Of a stretch of 49,403 bases of DNA, positions 24,422 through 32,220 are shown one piece after another. Positions within the stretch are counted from its first letter, which is position 1, and each line of letters opens with the position of its first letter. The translations under genes and the position numbers were made by a program. This DNA is from a virus: positions 1 to 49,403 of the IMG/VR virus record IMGVR_UViG_3300045988_091734; one strand, 5' to 3'. The notes beneath the pieces were generated by a model that did not search any database, was not told the DNA's origin, and was given only the letters and a program-made list of their open reading frames with translations.

Positions 24422-25886
24422 TTGCAGAATCACCGTCAGATACAGCATTTTCTTCCTCCTCGTCTGTCTTCTGCATTGCCTGTTGCGCCATGCGGAGGCC
24501 CAAAAGAGATTCTTCCTCCCCGCGCTTCATGATGTCGTCGATTTCCTCCGGCAGAATCATCGGGTTCAGCTTCAATCGCGTTTCCTTGTCCAAGTCGCCC
24601 TGCGCGGTGTAGATGTTCTGGATGATTTCGCTTTCGTTGGCAATCGTCTGCCGCTTGAAGCGGATTGTTTCCGTCTCAACGCCCAGAATCCGCAGCAACT
24701 TTTGTACGAAATCAAAGCACTGCCATTCGTAGGCGTTCGCCTTCAAGTCGAGGTTCGCCATGCTCGCCCGGATGGCGACGTTCGTCAGGCTGCCGCCTGT
24801 CAGCTCCGACACGTCCAGCGCCATATAATCGCGATAAAGCTGCCGTTCAAGCAGTTCCAGCGCGGTTTGACGCGCGGCATACGGCACTTCAAACGTCTCC
24901 GGCGTTACCGTGCTGGATGACGTGCCGTCGCTGATGTTCGCGATTGCTTTCAGGCGATGAATCTGTTCAAGCATCAGCGCCACTTCGTCGAAGTTGCCCC
25001 CGAAGTTGTTCAGAACCCAGTAAACATCGTTCGCCTTTTCCAGATTGTTTCCAAAGTCGGAAAGAACGATGTCGTACAAGTCGATTTTTGAGCGCATCGC
25101 AAGCGTCAGTTCCGTTTGTTTCTTGTCGTTGGCGTACAGCGGAACAATCGGCAGGGCACTATAATTCTCCTCGGCGATAAGACGTTCGCCTGTGATGTCC
25201 CGCGCATACGTCCGTTTGTAAGCGCGTTTCTCCTGCGCAACCTCCAAATCAGAGGCATTTTCGCGCGTTTTGTAGACCGTCACGCCGTCCGGCTCGAAAA
25301 CCCGCGCCATCAGCGGCTTGTCGTCGCCAATCTGCCAGAACTGCACACCAACCATCGGTTCGCCCGTCAGTTCGTCCAGCAGCGCCACAAATCCGCTATT
25401 TTTGTCCGTGTACGCACGCAGAATCTCAACGTGGTCGAGATTCCAATAGCCCCAACACACGCCATGAACAAGCGCATAAAGTCCGATTTTCGCAAGTTTC
25501 GTATCGAACCCGGTGCCAAGCTTGCCCTTCATCGCGTCGTCTTCCAGCTCAACGCCATTGCCAAGCAGATAATTAGCCTGTTGCATTGTAAAGCGGCGAA
25601 AAAAGTCGCTGTAAATACGCTGTCCGGGTACTGCTTCCGTCGCCGTCCCCTTCTTCTTTACTGTTTTCCCGTCGGCGGTTTTTTGCTCTGATTCTGATGT
25701 GGTTGCTCGCAGCACGACTTTCGCGGAAACGGTATCGTTCTGCGCTTCATAGTATCGTTGCGCGATGCCCGCCTTATCAAAGTCCTCGCTGTGCTTGTAC
25801 GCACCAATAACCGCCAGCGTCGCCTTTCCCTTATCCGGCTCGTTCTGCCAGTCTTGCCATGTGATTTTTGTAAACATCTGTATCAC
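24405..25886 (-). CDS. portal protein (SPP1 gp6-like)
   Basis: 493 aa directly after terL with a 4-nt overlap. Confidence 0.85.
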   Translation of the reverse strand: MIQMFTKITWQDWQNEPDKGKATLAVIGAYKHSEDFDKAGIAQRYYEAQNDTVSAKVVLRATTSESEQKTADGKTVKKKGTATEAVPGQRIYSDFFRRFTMQQANYLLGNGVELEDDAMKGKLGTGFDTKLAKIGLYALVHGVCWGYWNLDHVEILRAYTDKNSGFVALLDELTGEPMVGVQFWQIGDDKPLMARVFEPDGVTVYKTRENASDLEVAQEKRAYKRTYARDITGERLIAEENYSALPIVPLYANDKKQTELTLAMRSKIDLYDIVLSDFGNNLEKANDVYWVLNNFGGNFDEVALMLEQIHRLKAIANISDGTSSSTVTPETFEVPYAARQTALELLERQLYRDYMALDVSELTGGSLTNVAIRASMANLDLKANAYEWQCFDFVQKLLRILGVETETIRFKRQTIANESEIIQNIYTAQGDLDKETRLKLNPMILPEEIDDIMKRGEEESLLGLRMAQQAMQKTDEEEENAVSDGDSASVGSE

Positions 25887-27037
25887 CCCCCAACATACAA
25901 ACTCGCGCCGCTCCTATCGAGAATCCGGCAGCAGCACGCGGCGCTGTCCGGCGCGTCGTCGTGTTCCGCGTCCTCGGTGTAGTCCATAATCTGCGCAATA
26001 TAATCCTTGTCCGTGCCTTCCAAAAACACGATATTTCCCCACCACTTTTTGAGGTATGTGCTGATTTTTAGGTACTTGTTCATTTTTTCCGGGTATGCGC
26101 GTACTGCCATGTTTCGGCGGCGCAATTCCCGCGCCAAATATCCCTTGTCGCCGTTTGTCTCGCAGTAAATCGGCGCGCACATTAGGCGCTCCGTCTCCGA
26201 TTGCAGTGCGTCCATCAGCGTGTCAACGTGTTTGCGCCACAAACGCCCGTACAGATAAAGCGTGTCGCCGTCCCGCTTTGCGCACGTCAGTGCGGTGTAG
26301 TCCTCGCCTCCGTAGGCAGCATCAACGTGCGCGATGCCGTCCCGCAGCTTCTCAACCTGATTGCAATATTGTGGCATTGTCGTAAAAAGTGCGCCTTCGG
26401 AAGCCGCCCACAACCCCAAAATATAGCGTTGATAAAAAACAGTCCCGGAAAAATCTCGCTTCATGCGCTCTTTGACTGCTTCATCAAGTTTCGGGTTGTC
26501 GTCGATAGTGTACGTCTGTATATACCAATCCTCGCCCGCTCTGTCCAGTTCACGTTTGAACCAGTGCGTTGGACCCTCTGGATTGCACGTCAAATCGCAT
26601 CTGCTATAAGCCTTGTCGAGACGGCTTTTTAACATGCTAAACACGTCAGGATTCCATGTCACCACTTCATCGCCGTAGCAATATTTTACGCTTGCCCCTC
26701 GCAGTCTATTGACGTGCTTCACATTATCAGCACCAAGGCAATACACTTTTTCGCCAAATATTTGAGCCGTATTGTCCGCTCCAATATCGCCAACGAGTTC
26801 AGCACCCCATATCATCTGCATAGGTTCAATCACATTACGTTGTAACGTGCCTTTCGTGTTTCCGAGAATCACATATAATCCTTCAAGCCCGCGAACCTCC
26901 CGGATTCGTTTTGGAATCAGCCAATAGTCACCATATGTTTTTCCGCTTCTTGTTGCTCCAACCTTGACATTCCAAGTCTTTACAGCACAACGCCGATACT
27001 CATTTTGTTTTGGAGTCAATTCAATGCAATTGTTCAC
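25883..27037 (-). CDS. terL: terminase large subunit
   Basis: Walker A GATRSGKT, Walker B-like KYCYGDE, nuclease-domain acidic motifs HVDAAYGGEDYTA and HDDAPDSAA. Confidence 0.9.
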   Translation of the reverse strand: MNNCIELTPKQNEYRRCAVKTWNVKVGATRSGKTYGDYWLIPKRIREVRGLEGLYVILGNTKGTLQRNVIEPMQMIWGAELVGDIGADNTAQIFGEKVYCLGADNVKHVNRLRGASVKYCYGDEVVTWNPDVFSMLKSRLDKAYSRCDLTCNPEGPTHWFKRELDRAGEDWYIQTYTIDDNPKLDEAVKERMKRDFSGTVFYQRYILGLWAASEGALFTTMPQYCNQVEKLRDGIAHVDAAYGGEDYTALTCAKRDGDTLYLYGRLWRKHVDTLMDALQSETERLMCAPIYCETNGDKGYLARELRRRNMAVRAYPEKMNKYLKISTYLKKWWGNIVFLEGTDKDYIAQIMDYTEDAEHDDAPDSAACCCRILDRSGASLYVGG

Positions 27038-27384
27038 TTGTCCGACACCTCATCGAGATGCTTCATGATTTCGTCAACTTTACTCAATTGCCCTTGTTCA
27101 TAAAGTTCCGGGTGGTCTTTCTGCCCTAAATACTGCCTACCAAGCCATATGAGCATCGACACATTCCCGCTTTTGGCGCATTCCAATTGCCAATGCCGCA
27201 AATTCGTGCATAAATCCGCTTGACCAGCAGCAAATGCTTCATGTACGTCCTTTCTAAAAAAAAGTGTCTTTTTATTAAACCCAAGCGCTCTTGCTATCTG
27301 TTCGGCGGTATTGCCTTCGGCAGCAAGTTCGCGAACTTCTTCGAGGTCAACTTCAAGTTTCGGTCGCCCTCTTTTTCCTGCCAC
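27034..27384 (-). CDS. terS: terminase small subunit (HTH-containing)
   Basis: 116 aa, GRPK + NTAEQIARALGFNKKTLF HTH, 4-nt overlap with terL, GTG start. Confidence 0.75.
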   Translation of the reverse strand: MAGKRGRPKLEVDLEEVRELAAEGNTAEQIARALGFNKKTLFFRKDVHEAFAAGQADLCTNLRHWQLECAKSGNVSMLIWLGRQYLGQKDHPELYEQGQLSKVDEIMKHLDEVSDK

Positions 27385-27425
27385 CGTTCCTCACAGCCTT
27401 TCGCGCAATTACTTATTTTGCTGCA

Positions 27426-27467
27426 CAACAAAGGGGATTCCGCGCATTTACGGAATCCCCTTTGTTG
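27426..27467. promoter_or_regulatory. perfect 17-bp stem-loop between early/middle genes and terS (no U tract)
   Basis: CAACAAAGGGGATTCCG-cgcattta-CGGAATCCCCTTTGTTG starts 3 nt after the micro-ORF B stop and ~40 nt before the terS start. Confidence 0.8.
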
Positions 27468-27470
27468 CAT

Positions 27471-27605
27471 TTAGGTGTTCGATGCTCTTGCAGACAGTTT
27501 GCTTGCCGATGTCCTGCGCGTTCGCCCATTGCTTGCATTTGTCATAATGTCAAACATGGATAATTGCACGCCACCCGCGACGCTGCTGTTCCTGCGTCTT
27601 GCCAT
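27471..27605 (-). CDS. basic micro-protein B (44 aa) ending ...LSARASNT
   Basis: Not in the track. AGGAGG RBS. MARRRNSSVAGGVQLSMFDIMTNASNGRTRRTSASKLSARASNT. Confidence 0.55.
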   Translation of the reverse strand: MARRRNSSVAGGVQLSMFDIMTNASNGRTRRTSASKLSARASNT

Positions 27606-27633
27606 CGCTACCACCTCCTGCTCTTATTGTGCA

Positions 27634-27750
27634 TCAGGTATTGGATGCACGAGCGAGCATAGCGCTGCGGACGCGACGGGACGCTTGCGAACGCGACCCT
27701 CTGCCGGAAACGCCAGTAACCGCATTGATTCGGCGCTGAATAGCAGTCAT
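27634..27750 (-). CDS. basic micro-protein A (38 aa) ending ...MLARASNT
   Basis: Not in the track. GAAAGGAGG RBS. MTAIQRRINAVTGVSGRGSRSQASRRVRSAMLARASNT. Confidence 0.55.
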   Translation of the reverse strand: MTAIQRRINAVTGVSGRGSRSQASRRVRSAMLARASNT

Positions 27751-27795
27751 GCTTTTCACCTCCTTTCAATGTTGCAATAGTAAACCGTGCGCGGC

Positions 27796-28176
27796 TTACA
27801 AATCACGCGCACGGTTACAATATTCTTTATCATACGGCTTTACCTTCGCAAAATCGAGGTCAGGTGTCTTGATTGCCTTTCGGTATGCTCGCGCCATGTC
27901 CTTCCCGTCGATGTACTTCACGTCTGTTTCCATCCCGATTTTTTTCAAAAACTCTTCCTTCTGCTCCCGCGACGTGAAACACACGCAGAACCAATATTCG
28001 GTATCGCACATATCGCGAAAGCGCTTACTTTCGGCATTCATGCGCTCCCGGAATGATTTTTCCACGTCTCCGAGTTCTTCGAGTGTTTCCTTCTCCAGCT
28101 TTTCCAAAGTGTCTTCTTCTTGCGGATTTTCTTCTTGTCCCTTGTTAGCCGCGTTCTTCTTATCCCAATACCCCAT
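27796..28176 (-). CDS. hypothetical protein
   Basis: ATG 28176 follows an AGGAGGGG RBS (MGYWDKKNAANKG...); 126 aa. Confidence 0.6.
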   Translation of the reverse strand: MGYWDKKNAANKGQEENPQEEDTLEKLEKETLEELGDVEKSFRERMNAESKRFRDMCDTEYWFCVCFTSREQKEEFLKKIGMETDVKYIDGKDMARAYRKAIKTPDLDFAKVKPYDKEYCNRARDL

Positions 28177-28894
28177 CTCGTTCACCCCTCCTGAAAAATT
28201 CAAGTTCTGCAAGCGGATACCATTCCAAAATTCGCTTGTAATCTTCCGGGAAATGCTCCTTAATTGGCTTCAAAAACCTGTAGTCTAAACCGTCAAACGT
28301 TCGCCCGAACATATGGTAATCTATCGGTAATTTCACGCACGCCCGGTCAATCTCTCGAATCAGGTCTTCTTTTTTCCAGTCATACACCGGATAAAACTTC
28401 TTTTGATTGTGGTTTATTGCTCCATGCGTCATTATCCCAATTCTACGCATCGGACTATCCGCCATTCGGATGCCAGTTCCGACATAAGCAGCGGACGGGA
28501 GATGCCCGCACTGCCGGACGAGTTCGCCAACCATAAAGTCATCATACTCTTCTCCCGGGAGGTTAAGCGCTTCGATTTTTGTCACATGCTCCGGCGGCTG
28601 GAAGACCATGCAGCGCATGAAGCGGTACAGACTTCTGTGGGGGAGTCTGTAAATCCTCGTCTGGAAGAAATCTTCATAGTATTTTAGGCTATCTTCAACG
28701 AACGACAGTCCGGGGACCACATAGCAATAATAAGGTACGATTTTTCTGAAATAGCGCCGCATTTGTAACCATGCGGCAATGCTATCCTTACCGGTGGAAA
28801 ACGCCAGAATCGCAGTATCGCATTCTTGCGCCATCTGCTCACAAAGCTCTGCCCCGCTTTTGTAGCTAAGTCGGTCATACATTCGCGCGCCCAT
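28160..28894 (-). CDS. PAPS reductase-like (adenine nucleotide alpha-hydrolase) protein
   Basis: FSTGKDS P-loop-like motif (compare SGGKDS) near the N-terminus; 244 aa; exact start (28894 or 28882) uncertain. Confidence 0.65.
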   Translation of the reverse strand: MGARMYDRLSYKSGAELCEQMAQECDTAILAFSTGKDSIAAWLQMRRYFRKIVPYYCYVVPGLSFVEDSLKYYEDFFQTRIYRLPHRSLYRFMRCMVFQPPEHVTKIEALNLPGEEYDDFMVGELVRQCGHLPSAAYVGTGIRMADSPMRRIGIMTHGAINHNQKKFYPVYDWKKEDLIREIDRACVKLPIDYHMFGRTFDGLDYRFLKPIKEHFPEDYKRILEWYPLAELEFFRRGERDGVLG

Positions 28895-28928
28895 CTCCTT
28901 TCACTCTCTTGCTGCTTTTACATTTTAC

Positions 28929-28937
28929 ATTATATCA
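28929..28937 (-). promoter_or_regulatory. possible extended -10 promoter (TGaTATAAT) upstream of the PAPS reductase-like gene
   Basis: Minus strand cgTGaTATAATgtaaaatg in an AT-rich intergenic region; no good -35. Confidence 0.35.
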
Positions 28938-28972
28938 CGAAAATTACTCTCATAACTCTCATTTTTTTATTT

Positions 28973-29299
28973 CTATATGTTTTGTTCTTGCTTTATTTTG
29001 ATTTCTGGAGCGTTTGCAATCAGGTGAAATATTTTTATGATTTCGCAGTCGTCGCAGCCGAAGAAACTTCCTTCGTTTGTGCATCCCGCGCAACATTTTT
29101 CGTCAATCCATATGTGCAGCGTTTTTCGCTCAATCAGTCGCATCCCGTCGATTTTGATTGCTGGTATGCTCTCGATTATGTCGCGTGCTTTGCAAACCTT
29201 GCAACGGTTGCAAATGGAAAAATGCTCTTTGTTTGCACACCTTTCGCAATCCGACGCGCAAACTTCCTCTCCCAGCGCGTTCGCGTCGATATATCGCAA
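28973..29299 (-). CDS. Cys-rich hypothetical protein
   Basis: 108 aa with about 13 Cys, including CERC, CNRCKVC, CCAGC and CDDC pairs. Confidence 0.6.
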   Translation of the reverse strand: MRYIDANALGEEVCASDCERCANKEHFSICNRCKVCKARDIIESIPAIKIDGMRLIERKTLHIWIDEKCCAGCTNEGSFFGCDDCEIIKIFHLIANAPEIKIKQEQNI

Positions 29300-29344
29300 T
29301 TTGCCCTCCTTGCTGGTGTACGATGCCCGCCAGCAGGCTTGTTG

Positions 29345-29650
29345 TTAGGCTGTCTTGATTGCTTCCACCTGCTGCTTGGTGAACAGGTAGGCGGTTGTCA
29401 GGAAGAACTCGCTATTTTCTTCCTTTGCGTCAACGGTCTTTTCGTCCTTCTTCTTGCGCGTCTTGGGCTTCCAGATGCTCACGGTCAGAGCGGCGTGTTC
29501 CCCTTTCTTGACCATGTACCCGTGATTTTTCCACTCGGCGAAGGTGTGAATCGGGAGGCGCAACCCGTTCATGATGTAGGCTGCGGCTTCCTCTTCGGAG
29601 AAGATGCCCGCGCTGATGGCGGACTTGACGATGATTTCTTCGTTCGACAC
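29345..29650 (-). CDS. hypothetical protein
   Basis: GTG 29650 lies 8 nt after GGAG, right after the upstream stop, so the track start 30013 is judged over-extended across the promoter. Confidence 0.5.
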   Translation of the reverse strand: MSNEEIIVKSAISAGIFSEEEAAAYIMNGLRLPIHTFAEWKNHGYMVKKGEHAALTVSIWKPKTRKKKDEKTVDAKEENSEFFLTTAYLFTKQQVEAIKTA

Positions 29651-29667
29651 GGTACTTGCTCCGCCTC

Positions 29668-29847
29668 TTACTTCACGATGACGGTTTCCCAGTCGGTGAG
29701 GACTGCGGTAGTCCCGAAGCAGTCGTTGGCGATGCGCTTGTACTCTCCAGTCCACGCGTCGCGGGTGTAAGTCCAGTTGCGGGTGGTGTACTCCATGTTG
29801 CGGTTGAGGGTTTCCAGCGCCTTGGTGCTCAGCTTGATGGTCTTCAT
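29668..29847 (-). CDS. small hypothetical protein (first gene after cassette 3)
   Basis: The second ATG (29847) lies 8 nt after AGAGG, matching the spacing in cassettes 1 and 2; 59 aa. Confidence 0.65.
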   Translation of the reverse strand: MKTIKLSTKALETLNRNMEYTTRNWTYTRDAWTGEYKRIANDCFGTTAVLTDWETVIVK

Positions 29848-29897
29848 ACTCATTACCTCTTTCTGTCGGGGGCTTTATTTTGTACCGCCCTCCTGAC
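29848..29897 (-). promoter_or_regulatory. structured 5' leader copy 3
   Basis: Minus strand GTCaggaGGGC-GGTACAAAATAAA-GCCCccGAC (29865-29897), then ACAGAAAGAGGTAAtgagtATG. Confidence 0.6.
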
Positions 29898-29903
29898 ACT
29901 ATT

Positions 29904-29932
29904 ATTATAGCATATACTGCTGTATATGTCAA
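29904..29932 (-). promoter_or_regulatory. P3: exact consensus promoter with class-B palindromic operator
   Basis: TTGACAtatacagcagtatatgcTATAAT with palindrome CATATAC-agca-GTATATG. Confidence 0.8.
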
Positions 29933-29980
29933 GGGGCAAATCACATTTTTTCGAGATTTTTTGCAAACTTTTTTACGCAA

Positions 29981-30010
29981 CAAAAAAGGCGCACCCCAGC
30001 GGATGCGCCC
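29981..30010 (-). terminator. rho-independent terminator after RHH-B
   Basis: Minus strand GGCGCAtCC-gctgg-GGTGCGCC followed by TTTTTT. Confidence 0.7.
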
Positions 30011-30017
30011 CATGCTA

Positions 30018-30236
30018 TTATTTTTTTTTGTTTGTAATTATCTCACGCCCTATATATGCGTTTACGGAATCAACGATTAGCTGCGCCACCGAGAGACCAC
30101 GGCGCTTTGCTTCTTCTTCCAGCGCCTCTTTGCTCCCAGCGCGAACGTCGAAGCGCACCGTCTTGATTCCTTCTTTTTCGCGATACTTCTTCATCGCGCG
30201 GACTGACACGTCACCTTGGTAGTACTCTTTCCTCAT
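30018..30236 (-). CDS. ribbon-helix-helix protein, RHH-B
   Basis: ATG 30236 follows an AAAGGGG RBS. KTVRFDVRAGSKEALEEEAKRRGLSVAQLIVDSVNAYI fits a strand-helix-helix pattern; 72 aa. Confidence 0.55.
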   Translation of the reverse strand: MRKEYYQGDVSVRAMKKYREKEGIKTVRFDVRAGSKEALEEEAKRRGLSVAQLIVDSVNAYIGREIITNKKK

Positions 30237-30291
30237 TGCCACAACCCCTTTCGGGGATATTGTAGCATAGGATGGTTGATTTTGCAAGCTG

Positions 30292-30465
30292 TTACTTTTC
30301 ACGCTTCACCTCTACGATGAACCCGATTTCGTTGCCCTCCCTTTCTGCGATTGTTACAAGTTTCCCATCCAGCTTTGCAAGACGGCTGTACACACAGCCG
30401 CCTTTTTCGAGCTTCTCGCCATTCTTTAACTTCCTGTATTCTTCCTTCGTCAGCGTCACGTTCAT
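30292..30465 (-). CDS. small hypothetical protein (57 aa, not in the track)
   Basis: ATGA overlap with the stop of 30462..31274. MNVTLTKEEYRKLKNGEKLEKGGCVYSRLAKLDGKLVTIAEREGNEIGFIVEVKREK. Confidence 0.45.
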   Translation of the reverse strand: MNVTLTKEEYRKLKNGEKLEKGGCVYSRLAKLDGKLVTIAEREGNEIGFIVEVKREK

Positions 30466-31274
30466 CTTACCCTCCTATCCGTGGATTCCTCAACTTTCTT
30501 GGGCATTTGCCAAATGATTTGCGGAGACTTAAACCAACCGTCATGGTAAAACAAAGTGCCGTTATAGTAGCGCAGGGAATAGCCCGGACGGAATGTCCAC
30601 GCGTTCAGAAGGAATGCGACTTCATCATGGTACTCCGCAGGAATCCTATCGAGCATTGATAATGTATCCACGGCAATATCACACTGGAAAAGACACTCCT
30701 TTTCCTTGATACGGCACGCAATCATGTACCGCGCTTCAACAAGCGCCTCTTCACGCGTCTTGAACACCTTCCGCTCGCAAACAGAGGAGCCGCCAATCCC
30801 CATGTTCCACTGCGGAACAGAACGCACAAGCCGATAAGAAGTCTTGTTTACTTCAACATCAACTCTCACCTCTGCGTCATGATTCGGAATGAGCCAACCA
30901 CGCTTCATGCACGCCATCAGGGTTTCTGATTCAGAAGCGTTCTGTTCGTGCTGTACTTTCACAAACGTATTGAACGCATCGTACTCTTCTTGACAAAACT
31001 GCTTGCGTTTTCCGTACAACTTATCGTAGTCACGATAGGATTCAACAACCCCTTTGGGAATCTTTTTCCACGATTCGTCCGAATGAAACGCACACGCTCG
31101 AACGCCATCGTAAAGGGTAAAGTCCCACAAAGTGTACTTTTCGCCTCGCCAATTGCCGTGCTCATCTTGATATGTAAACAGAGCGAAATGTGCAAGTGGC
31201 GTGAATGTCTGACTGACACGAGCATCTTCCATCTCATAGATAGCAGCCGGGTAAAAACCAAAGAAAGCATCCAT
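30462..31274 (-). CDS. hypothetical protein (gene driven by cassette 4)
   Basis: ATG 31274 lies 9 nt after AGGAGG; 270 aa; no motif recognised. Confidence 0.65.
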   Translation of the reverse strand: MDAFFGFYPAAIYEMEDARVSQTFTPLAHFALFTYQDEHGNWRGEKYTLWDFTLYDGVRACAFHSDESWKKIPKGVVESYRDYDKLYGKRKQFCQEEYDAFNTFVKVQHEQNASESETLMACMKRGWLIPNHDAEVRVDVEVNKTSYRLVRSVPQWNMGIGGSSVCERKVFKTREEALVEARYMIACRIKEKECLFQCDIAVDTLSMLDRIPAEYHDEVAFLLNAWTFRPGYSLRYYNGTLFYHDGWFKSPQIIWQMPKKVEESTDRRVR

Positions 31275-31412
31275 CAAGCAAGACCTCCTTTGCGAATGAA
31301 ATACGGGCAGATAAATCCATCCGAACCAGTGCTTTCATCCGCCCAATATCTGGTTTGTGAGGTTTTCCTTCCTCTTTCTGTCCGGGGTTCTTTTTTTGTA
31401 CCTCCCCTTGAC
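31275..31412 (-). promoter_or_regulatory. structured 5' leader copy 4 (long version)
   Basis: Minus strand GTCaaGGGG-aGGTACAAAAAAAgaa-CCCCgGAC (31380-31412), then ACAGAAAGAGGAAGG and ~95 further nt before the AGGAGG RBS. Confidence 0.55.
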
Positions 31413-31418
31413 ACTATT

Positions 31419-31447
31419 ATTATAGCATATACTGCTATATATGTCAA
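31419..31447 (-). promoter_or_regulatory. P4: exact consensus promoter with class-B operator (one mismatch)
   Basis: TTGACAtatatagcagtatatgcTATAAT. Confidence 0.8.
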
Positions 31448-31480
31448 TGGGGAAATCACATTTTCTTCGGTTTTCTGCAA

Positions 31481-31508
31481 AGAAAATCGCGCACCTTTCG
31501 ATGCGCGA
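31481..31508 (-). terminator. rho-independent terminator after the ArpU/RinA-like gene
   Basis: Minus strand TCGCGCA-tcgaaagg-TGCGCGA followed by TTTTCTTT. Confidence 0.65.
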
Positions 31509-31513
31509 CCGCC

Positions 31514-31909
31514 TTATTCCGCGCTCTGGATTTTCCGTTCCGCGTTACCAATCACGCGGAAGACGTGCTGCTCGGAATACGCCAGATTGTAGCTGATTTC
31601 CCGGACGCTCCTTCCCTCCAGATACCGCATCCTCATGCACTGCACTTCCAGCGAACTTTCCAGCGCATCCACCAGCGGCGCAAGCTCTTCGCGCATCCTG
31701 CACAACTCATCCCAGATTGCTTTTTTGCGCTCCAGCGCCTCGACGCGATACAGCAACCCTTCCTCCGTGCTGTTCATACTCCCGCCCCCGCGCGGCGCGT
31801 CGCTGATTGTCCGCGTCAGCTTCTGCGCCCGGATTCGTGCCTGTTCCGCGCGCAAGCAAGCCATAGGATACCGCCTGATGAGATACCGCATCCGTTTCAA
31901 GTCAACCAT
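31514..31909 (-). CDS. sigma-70 region-4-type transcriptional regulator (ArpU/RinA/DUF1492-like late activator candidate)
   Basis: ATG 31909 follows GGGAGGG. C-terminal LEVQCMRMRYLEGRSVREISYNLAYSEQHVFRVIGNAERKI is region-4-like. Confidence 0.55.
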   Translation of the reverse strand: MVDLKRMRYLIRRYPMACLRAEQARIRAQKLTRTISDAPRGGGSMNSTEEGLLYRVEALERKKAIWDELCRMREELAPLVDALESSLEVQCMRMRYLEGRSVREISYNLAYSEQHVFRVIGNAERKIQSAE

Positions 31910-31934
31910 TTTTCCCTCCCGCAACCGCCCGCGA

Positions 31935-32216
31935 TTATTTTACCCCTTCAAACACCTTTACAATCGATGTATAGAGTGCCGGGCGAATCTGTCCGCTCAT
32001 AAGCTCTGCATACAGCATGTCTTGTACCTTCTCGATTGCTCCGTTTGCCTCCTTCTCGCCGTTTAGCCTCCTGATTGCGTCCTGCGTCGCCCTAACTTTG
32101 TAGGCATCGTGGCAGCTTTTGCATCCGCGCGAAACGTTCCCCGCAAGTCGCTTGACGTTCTTTTTCAGCTCTTTCTCCAGCCAAAAAGAGTAGCGGATGT
32201 CGTCTGTGTTCAGCAT
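31935..32216 (-). CDS. hypothetical protein
   Basis: ATG 32216 lies 9 nt after GGAG, just after the VRR-NUC stop; 93 aa. Confidence 0.5.
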   Translation of the reverse strand: MLNTDDIRYSFWLEKELKKNVKRLAGNVSRGCKSCHDAYKVRATQDAIRRLNGEKEANGAIEKVQDMLYAELMSGQIRPALYTSIVKVFEGVK

Positions 32217-32220
32217 TGTC

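Noticed and set aside
27471-27750. The twin micro-ORFs considered as arbitrium/Phr-type signalling pro-peptides (similar length, conserved C-terminal hexapeptide)
   Set aside because: Neither has an N-terminal hydrophobic signal sequence, and no AimR/Rap-like TPR receptor gene is present in the genome. The observation is kept as a finding, but this interpretation is dropped.
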